This document shows, piece by piece, positions 9,319 to 15,212 of a stretch of 32,000 bases of DNA. Origin of the DNA: Pseudoalteromonas tetraodonis (lineage in GTDB: Bacteria > Pseudomonadota > Gammaproteobacteria > Enterobacterales > Alteromonadaceae); the NCBI RefSeq assembly GCF_002310835.1, contig NZ_CP011041.1, forward strand, positions 900,001 to 932,000, written 5' to 3'. The translations under genes were made by a program, and so were the position numbers. Every line of letters begins with the position of its first letter. Position 1 is the first letter of the stretch. Under the pieces are notes generated by a model, which was given only the letters and a program-made list of their open reading frames with translations, was not told the origin of the DNA and searched no databases.

Positions 9319-9622
9319 AAGTGACCCTTTTTATTTTATGTACTGCAGTTATAGCGATATTTGAGTAAAAAACAAAAGTAATGAGACTAGCTGCCGATAA
9401 TAATCGTTGAGTTTATGTAATTAAGATTAATCTGATCACAGCAAACAGGCGAAATATGCTTGATGTGTATACCGCAATGTAAGTTTAAGGCGATTAAAAA
9501 ATTTAATTATTAATTAAGTTTTTAAGTAGTTGGTCGCTTTACTTGTTTCTATATGGATGATTGAAAGTGATTTCTTTTTAGGTTTATAACCTTAAAGAGT
9601 GAGCGCAAATAAAAGGGAGTTT

Positions 9623-10048
9623 ATGCAACGGGTTTTAATTGTTGAAGATAATATTAGGGTACAGCAGGTACTCAAACATACTGCTGCTCAATACCTTGAT
9701 GTTTTGGTTGATTTTGCCTCGTCACTTACTCAATGCAAACAACTCCTGAGCCAAACAAGTTACTCACTCGCCTTAGTTGATTTGCCACTTAGTGGACAAA
9801 GCGATATGGATGTTGCTCGCTATATTTTATCGCAAGGTATCCCTACGCTATTAATGACAACGCAATTAGAAGAGTCCACGCGCTTAAAAATACTGGAATT
9901 AGGGATTATTGATTACATTATTAAAGATAACCGCGATTCTTATCTTTACGCTATTAAATTAGTTGCACAGTTACTGCGTAATCAAGGGCGTAAGGCGCTA
10001 ATTGTTGATAATTCCTTGTTAAGCAGTAGTTTGAATAGGGTCTGTTGA
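9623..10048 (+). CDS. Response regulator, 5' fragment: a complete REC1 plus the first strand of REC2, then read-through into the inserted element
   Basis: MQRVLIVEDN (acidic pocket), LALVDLPL (phospho-acceptor Asp) and DYIIKD (Lys) define REC1. ALIVDNS then begins a second receiver. The frame enters the element at 10037 and stops at TGA 10046-10048. The start is chosen at ATG 9623, after AAGGGAG. The ORF track uses GTG 9599. Confidence 0.8.
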   Translation: MQRVLIVEDNIRVQQVLKHTAAQYLDVLVDFASSLTQCKQLLSQTSYSLALVDLPLSGQSDMDVARYILSQGIPTLLMTTQLEESTRLKILELGIIDYIIKDNRDSYLYAIKLVAQLLRNQGRKALIVDNSLLSSSLNRVC

Positions 10049-10301
10049 TCTTTCAGGGTTAAATTTGTTCAATCTAGGGGCGATTTAATCGCGGCGCGAG
10101 GTTTGTAACCTAGTGGGCTAAGTAAAAATCGAGCAACAAAGAGTAAATTGCCCCTAGGCAGAACCCTTCGGGCAGCGTGTGTTTGGCATTTATGCTACGT
10201 TATCGCCTATTTATGGGGAGTAACCACACTACATAGACTCTGTCTTGCCTAAAAACCAAACACACAGCTGCAAATTTAACCTCGAAAGATAAACAGACCC
10301 T
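10037..10301. mobile_element. Non-autonomous inverted-repeat element (MITE-like), non-coding and highly structured
   Basis: The terminal inverted repeats are GGGTCTGTTGATCTTTCAGGGTTAAATTTG (10038-10067) and CAAATTTAACCTCGAAAGATAAACAGACCC (10271-10300), which pair at 27 of 30 positions. Internal local hairpins form at 10074-10087/10144-10157 and at 10172-10186/10256-10271. There is no ORF inside. G+C is about 44% by my count. Removing 10037-10301 restores the response-regulator frame. Confidence 0.7.
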
Positions 10302-10307
10302 CAGCAA

Positions 10308-10670
10308 ATGCTCGAAAAACAGTTATTTGATGTTATTACTGCTGATAATAGCGCTCAAGCATTGCATATACTTAACCATAATAGGGCAATTAAGTTAGTC
10401 ATTACTAATCATAATTTAACTGATATGAATGGGTTTGAATTAATTAGAGCAATTCGAAATGTTAAAAGTCGTGAGCAATTAGCTATTATTGGTCTGGCCG
10501 ATGTATATAGTTATGGTGTTGCCACGCAGTTTATTAAATCGAGTGCAAATGACTTTTTAACTAAGCCCTTTACTCATGAAGAGTTTCATTTTCGAGTGGT
10601 AAAAACTATGGAATCGCTATGGCTGGGTGAAGCTATAAGAGCTGATTTATCCCTCGACGCGACTGAGTAA
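10308..10670 (+). CDS. Response regulator, 3' fragment: the remainder of REC2, a pseudo-receiver
   Basis: Receiver fold with LTKPF (conserved Lys), but Asn at the phospho-acceptor position (LVITNHNLTDMNG). There is no Shine-Dalgarno before ATG 10308. It is in frame with the 5' fragment once the element is removed. Confidence 0.7.
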   Translation: MLEKQLFDVITADNSAQALHILNHNRAIKLVITNHNLTDMNGFELIRAIRNVKSREQLAIIGLADVYSYGVATQFIKSSANDFLTKPFTHEEFHFRVVKTMESLWLGEAIRADLSLDATE

Positions 10671-10752
10671 GTCATCATGCTTAAAAAATTAATCAGTACT
10701 TAGAACGTTTTGCAGCGGGTCACTAGAGATGACGTCTTGCTTTTAGTTATCT

Positions 10753-10800
10753 CGCACCAATGCAGTATTTTGTTTAAAAAAAGCGCACCTAAATGGTGCG
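10753..10800. promoter_or_regulatory. Candidate NtrC enhancer sites upstream of glnK
   Basis: A strong site, CGCACCTAAATGGTGCG (10784-10800), has a perfect GCACC-N5-GGTGC core matching TGCACCANNNTGGTGCA. A half-site, CGCACCA, begins at 10753 about 31 bp upstream. The sites sit about 60-110 bp upstream of the sigma54 motif. Confidence 0.5.
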
Positions 10801-10807
10801 CTTTTTT
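10776..10807 (+). terminator. Rho-independent terminator after the response-regulator gene, overlapping the NtrC-like site
   Basis: AAAAAAAGCGCACC-taaat-GGTGCGCTTTTTT. Confidence 0.6.
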
Positions 10808-10861
10808 GTTTTATATATTATTTATTTTTTTAAGTTTATGTTTTTATTATTAATTTAAAAA

Positions 10862-10877
10862 TGGCACAAAGGTTGGA
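10862..10877 (+). promoter_or_regulatory. Candidate sigma54 (-24/-12) promoter of glnK-amtB
   Basis: TGGCAC-AAAGG-TTGGA compared with the consensus TGGCAC-N5-TTGCW. The -24 GG is present and the -12 element reads GG instead of GC. It lies about 50 nt upstream of the glnK start, and an AT-rich tract separates it from the NtrC-like sites. Confidence 0.55.
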
Positions 10878-10925
10878 TTGTATAGAGGAAATACAATAAC
10901 AAGCTAGCGTCCTAAGGGGGCCTTT

Positions 10926-11264
10926 GTGAAAATGATCAGTGCAATAATAAAGCCATTCAAACTAGATGATGTGCGTGAAGCACTCGCTGATTTAGGCATC
11001 GAAGGAATGACAGTGGTTGACGTTAAGGGATTTGGACGTCAAAGAGGGCATACTGAGTTATACCGTGGTGCTGAATATCAGGTTGACTTTATACCTAAAA
11101 TTAAACTTGAAATTGCTACTCGTAGTGAAAATTGCCAACGCGTTGTAGAAACCATTACCAAAGTCGCTGGAACGGGCAAAATTGGTGACGGCAAAATTTT
11201 TGTTTACGACCTAGACCAAATCGTCCGTATTCGTACTGGCGAGCTTGATGATGATGCAATTTAA
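10926..11264 (+). CDS. glnK: Nitrogen regulatory protein P-II (GlnK)
   Basis: 112 aa. MKMISAIIKPFKLDDVREAL, and a T-loop GFGRQRGHTELYRGAEY with Tyr51. GTG start 6 nt after AAGGGGG. It lies immediately upstream of amtB. Confidence 0.95.
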   Translation: MKMISAIIKPFKLDDVREALADLGIEGMTVVDVKGFGRQRGHTELYRGAEYQVDFIPKIKLEIATRSENCQRVVETITKVAGTGKIGDGKIFVYDLDQIVRIRTGELDDDAI

Positions 11265-11273
11265 GGGGGCAAC

Positions 11274-12503
11274 ATGGAAAATACAATTATAGAGCTGAAG
11301 TTTTCGCTCGATACGTTTTACTTTTTAATGTCTGGCATCTTAGTCATGTGGATGGCAGCCGGTTTTGCAATGTTAGAAGCGGGTTTAGTGCGCTCTAAAA
11401 ATACCACAGAAATTCTAACTAAAAATATCGCGCTTTATTCTATCGCGTGTACTATGTTTTTGTTGATAGGCTACAACATTATGTACGTAGATAATGTTGA
11501 AGGCGGTGTTATTCCTTCGTTTGGTGGCCTAATAGGTAGCCAAGCGGCAGATGCTAATCATTCGTTAGAGTCTGACTTTTTCTTCCAAGTAGTGTTTGTT
11601 GCAACGGCCATGTCTATCGTATCTGGCGCCGTAGCGGAGCGTATGAAGTTATGGGCTTTCTTAGTGTTTACTGTAGTACTAACAGGATTAATTTACCCAA
11701 TTGAAGGTTACTGGACATGGGGTGGCGGCTTCTTATCTGAATTAGGCTTTGTTGATTTTGCAGGCTCTGCAATTGTACATGCAACGGGTGCGGCTGCAGC
11801 GCTTGCGGGTGTAATACTACTGGGTGCACGTAAAGGTAAATATGGTAAAAATGGTGAAATTTACCCAATTCCAGGTTCAAACTTGCCACTTGCTACATTG
11901 GGTACGTTTATTTTATGGATGGGTTGGTTTGGCTTTAACGGCGGATCACAGTTATTAATTTCAGATAAAGAAAACGCAACAGCGGTAGGTCAAATATTAC
12001 TTAATACCAATGCTGCTGCAGCTATGGGGGCAATTTCAGCCTTGTTCTTATGTAAACTTTTATGGGGCAAAGCCGATTTAACCATGGTACTTAATGGTGC
12101 ACTTGCAGGCTTAGTGGTTATTACTGCAGACCCATTATCACCATCACCACTAATGGCGTGTTTATTTGGCTTACTAGGTGGCTCATTAGTGATACTTAGT
12201 ATTGTCGCACTGGACAAAGCGAAGATAGATGATCCCGTGGGTGCTATTTCTGTTCATGGTGTGTGTGGCATCCTAGGTATCGTGCTAGTACCTGTTACTA
12301 ATGCTGAGGCCAGCATTGTTAATCAGTTGATTGGCCTACTATGTATTATTGGTTTTGTGTTTATTGCTTCATTCATTGTATGGGCAATCCTCAAGCAAAC
12401 CATGGGTATTCGTGTTACCGAAGAAGAAGAGTTAAACGGTATGGATCAACACGATTGTGGTATTGATGCTTATCCAGAGTTTGTATCAGTTAGAAGTAAT
12501 TAA
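11274..12503 (+). CDS. amtB: Ammonium transporter AmtB
   Basis: 409 aa polytopic membrane protein. Amt signatures are FAMLEAG, DFAGS.VH and WFGFNGGS. It starts 9 nt after the glnK stop. Confidence 0.95.
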   Translation: MENTIIELKFSLDTFYFLMSGILVMWMAAGFAMLEAGLVRSKNTTEILTKNIALYSIACTMFLLIGYNIMYVDNVEGGVIPSFGGLIGSQAADANHSLESDFFFQVVFVATAMSIVSGAVAERMKLWAFLVFTVVLTGLIYPIEGYWTWGGGFLSELGFVDFAGSAIVHATGAAAALAGVILLGARKGKYGKNGEIYPIPGSNLPLATLGTFILWMGWFGFNGGSQLLISDKENATAVGQILLNTNAAAAMGAISALFLCKLLWGKADLTMVLNGALAGLVVITADPLSPSPLMACLFGLLGGSLVILSIVALDKAKIDDPVGAISVHGVCGILGIVLVPVTNAEASIVNQLIGLLCIIGFVFIASFIVWAILKQTMGIRVTEEEELNGMDQHDCGIDAYPEFVSVRSN

Positions 12504-12526
12504 TTAAAAGTATTGTGTGTTCAATC

Positions 12527-12553
12527 AAAGCCCTACTCTGTTAGGGCTTTTTT
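12527..12553 (+). terminator. Rho-independent terminator after amtB
   Basis: AAAGCCCTA-ctctgt-TAGGGCTTTTTT. Confidence 0.8.
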
Positions 12554-12556
12554 GAT

Positions 12557-12627
12557 TTCAGGGGAGGTTAATTTTTCAGGTGCTAGAGTAATGTGATAAG
12601 CTCCTCGCGTTAAATTAACCTTCGGAA
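12557..12627. repeat. About 70-bp palindromic element resembling the inner part of the 10037-10301 terminal repeats
   Basis: Arms are TTCAGGGGAGGTTAATTT (12557-12574) and AAATTAACCTTCGGAA (12612-12627), with a perfect 10-bp core AGGTTAATTT/AAATTAACCT. Compare the MITE arms TTTCAGGGTTAAATTT and AAATTTAACCTCGAAA. Confidence 0.4.
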
Positions 12628-12641
12628 TATATTACACTTAA

Positions 12642-14975
12642 ATGGCTGAAAAAAAGAAAACATCGACCAGTAAACCCTCGACTAAGCGCGCTACTAAGTC
12701 ATCTAAATCATCGGCGCGAAAAAGTGCGACTAAAAAAACTTCAAGCACCACAAAACGGCCACTTTTTAAAACGTTGTTTTCTATTTTTTGGAAACTGAGT
12801 CTGGCGACGTTTATCGCCATTGCACTTTATTTTATTTACCTTGATGCAAAAATAACTCGCCAGTTTGAAGGTAATAAATGGCAACTTCCGGCACAAGTAT
12901 ATGCCCGCTCAATGACTTTTTTTCCAGGCCAGTTTTTATCAGAGCAAGAAGTTTTATGGGAGCTTAAGCGCTTAAACTACACGGCGGTTAATCGCTTAAG
13001 CCGGACTGGGCAGTATATTAAAACAGCCAATAGTATTAAGATTTTTCGTCGTGACTTTGAATTTTATGATGGTTTAGAGAGCGCTCATGTTATTGAATTG
13101 CGTTTCTCTGGAGAGAAGGTAGTCAGTATTAAAGATAAGTTTGGCCGTCGCTTAAACACTGCCAGATTAGAGCCTGTACAAATAGCCCGTATTGGTAATG
13201 ACTCAAAACAAGATAGAGAGTTTGTACCATTAGATAAATTTCCTGACATGCTTAAAAATACCTTATTAGTAGTTGAAGACCGCGATTTTTATGATCATCA
13301 CGGTGTATCGGTATTTTCAATTTTACGCGCTTTGTATACCAATATTCGCGCAGGGCGCACCGTGCAAGGGGGGAGTACATTAACCCAGCAGCTGGCTAAA
13401 AATATTTACCTTACCCGTGAGCGTTCGTTAGTGCGTAAAATTAATGAAGCCTTTATTGCGCTTATTCTTGATTACCGTTACTCAAAAGATCAGATTCTCG
13501 AAGCCTATTTAAACGAAGTGTACTTAGGTCAGTCATACAACCAAGGAGTACATGGAATGGGGCTGGCCGCCGAGTTTTACTTTGCCAAACCTGTTGATGA
13601 ACTCGAGTACGACCAAATTGCCTTGCTGGTGGCTATGGTTAAAGGCCCATCTTATTACAATCCTAGACGTTACAAAGAACGTGCGATGGAGCGTCGTGAC
13701 CTAGTGCTGCGTTTAATGGTCGATAACAAACTTATTTCTACTAAAGAGTATAGAGCCTCGTTAAAGCGCGCAATTGATATTGCACCAATGAAAGCCAGCT
13801 TGCAAAAGTCTTATCCAGGTTACTTAGAGTTGGTTAATCGCGAGCTTAAACAGCTACTACCCGATCAAGACGTATTGGATGCGGGTGTGCGTGTATTTAC
13901 CTACTTCGATTTACAAAAACAAACCGCGATGGAAGAGTCGATTCAGGCCAGTTTACCTTATTTAGAAAGACGTCCAAATACCAAAGAGTTAGAAGCGGCG
14001 ATGATCTCCGTTAATGTTGAAAAAGCCGGTGTATCAGCGTTAGTCGCTGGACGTGATGTACGCTACTCAGGATTTAACCGCGTGCTCGATACCAAACGAA
14101 ATATTGGCTCATTAGTTAAACCTGCAGTGTATTTAAGTGCACTGCAGCTTCCTCATTATAACTTAGCGACGTTACTTGATGACTCGCCTGTTCAAGTCAC
14201 CAACGAGGAGGGTAACGTATGGCAGCCAGAAAACTTTGATCATCAATACCGTGGTGCCATGCCTCTTTATAAAGCATTTAGCCACAGTATTAATATTCCG
14301 GCAGTTAACTTAGGGCTTGATGTAGGCGTGGATAAAGTGGCTAACACGCTCAGGGGATTAGGAGCTAAAGGCTATATTAATGAATACCCATCGTTATTAT
14401 TAGGGGCTATTGAAATGTCGAGCTTTGAAGTGGCGCAGCTTTATACCACGATTGCAGCAGACGGTGAATACAGAGAGCTGACGTCTATTTCTGCGTTAAC
14501 CGATTCTGTTGGTAAAGTACTTTATAAGCACAAAGTAATTAACGAGCAACGCTTTGATAAAGATGCCATGTACATGACCAAATATGCTATGAAGCGAGTA
14601 ACTAAAGATGGCACCGCTAAGCGCTTAAACTTACATTTTCCGTCAATCCAGTTGGCAGGTAAAACAGGCACCAGTAATGAATTACGCGACAGCTGGTTTG
14701 CTGGATTTGATCAAAATACAGTGACGGTTGCATGGATAGGCCGTGACGATAATAAAAGCACCGGCTTAACTGGCAGTGTTGGCGCGCTTGAAACCTATAT
14801 TCGTTATTTAAAACCGCTAAACCCGCAAGCAATTGCCGATACGCGTCCGCCTTCAATTAGGTGGGCATTTGTAAATGAGCAAACTGGGAAGCAAGCACCA
14901 CCGGGCTGTGGCAAAGTGATTCAACTGCCACTTAGAGCCAGTGAGTTTAAACCAAGACTAGAATGTATTCGTTAA
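12642..14975 (+). CDS. mrcB: Penicillin-binding protein 1B (bifunctional glycosyltransferase/transpeptidase)
   Basis: 777 aa. It has a basic Ser/Thr/Lys-rich cytoplasmic tail, one TM helix, GT51 motifs (EDRDFYDHHG, GGSTLTQQL, RKINE), the transpeptidase SxxK (SLVKP) and KTGT. Confidence 0.95.
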   Translation: MAEKKKTSTSKPSTKRATKSSKSSARKSATKKTSSTTKRPLFKTLFSIFWKLSLATFIAIALYFIYLDAKITRQFEGNKWQLPAQVYARSMTFFPGQFLSEQEVLWELKRLNYTAVNRLSRTGQYIKTANSIKIFRRDFEFYDGLESAHVIELRFSGEKVVSIKDKFGRRLNTARLEPVQIARIGNDSKQDREFVPLDKFPDMLKNTLLVVEDRDFYDHHGVSVFSILRALYTNIRAGRTVQGGSTLTQQLAKNIYLTRERSLVRKINEAFIALILDYRYSKDQILEAYLNEVYLGQSYNQGVHGMGLAAEFYFAKPVDELEYDQIALLVAMVKGPSYYNPRRYKERAMERRDLVLRLMVDNKLISTKEYRASLKRAIDIAPMKASLQKSYPGYLELVNRELKQLLPDQDVLDAGVRVFTYFDLQKQTAMEESIQASLPYLERRPNTKELEAAMISVNVEKAGVSALVAGRDVRYSGFNRVLDTKRNIGSLVKPAVYLSALQLPHYNLATLLDDSPVQVTNEEGNVWQPENFDHQYRGAMPLYKAFSHSINIPAVNLGLDVGVDKVANTLRGLGAKGYINEYPSLLLGAIEMSSFEVAQLYTTIAADGEYRELTSISALTDSVGKVLYKHKVINEQRFDKDAMYMTKYAMKRVTKDGTAKRLNLHFPSIQLAGKTGTSNELRDSWFAGFDQNTVTVAWIGRDDNKSTGLTGSVGALETYIRYLKPLNPQAIADTRPPSIRWAFVNEQTGKQAPPGCGKVIQLPLRASEFKPRLECIR

Positions 14976-14978
14976 ATA

Positions 14979-15022
14979 GTAATGCATAAAAAAAGCCCGA
15001 AAGGGCTTTTTTTATGCATTAC
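14979..15022. terminator. Extended perfect-palindrome terminator after mrcB
   Basis: GTAATGCATAAAAAAAGCCC-GAAA-GGGCTTTTTTTATGCATTAC: a 20-bp perfect stem with a GAAA loop. Confidence 0.85.
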
Positions 15023-15166
15023 TTTAGCTAAGAGGCTTGTAAGATATCTGGGTTTTTATTTTCATAGTAAAAGAACTATCTAGCCCTTTCAATGTAATTT
15101 TTTTAAGTTTTTCTGTTAATTAAGTGTTTATTTTGTTTGCATTTTTGTTTTACGGGAATATTATAA

Positions 15167-15185
15167 ATATGCCTTTAAGGCATAT
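15167..15185. promoter_or_regulatory. 19-bp palindrome 28 nt upstream of the TonB-dependent receptor start (candidate operator or 5'-UTR hairpin)
   Basis: ATATGCCTT-T-AAGGCATAT has perfect 9-bp arms. It is flanked by imperfectly symmetric TTATAA/TTATAA. Confidence 0.35.
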
Positions 15186-15212
15186 AATTATAATTTCAAA
15201 CAGGGATAAATA

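Noticed and set aside
10031-10304. A group I intron reading of the 10037-10301 insert. The 5' flank UUGAAU could pair with GUUCAA (10067-10072) as a P1 helix with the U-G wobble at the junction. A G at 10304 could be the terminal omega-G. A 268-nt excision (10037-10304) also keeps the frame (...SLN-QMLEK...).
   Set aside because: I cannot find the group I core: there is no P3/P7 pseudoknot, no P/Q/R/S-like segments and no G-binding pocket. The 30-bp pairing of the two ends is not a group I feature. A 6-mer match within the first 40 nt is only mildly improbable given how many hypotheses I tried. It is kept as a cheap RT-PCR test, not as a call.
15181-15200. A Fur-box-like AT-rich string, ATAATTATAATTTCA, upstream of the TonB-dependent receptor gene.
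   Set aside because: It matches the Fur consensus at only about 11 of 15 positions, in a region that is almost pure A/T. Oar-type receptors are not typically iron-regulated. The adjacent 19-bp perfect palindrome is the stronger signal.
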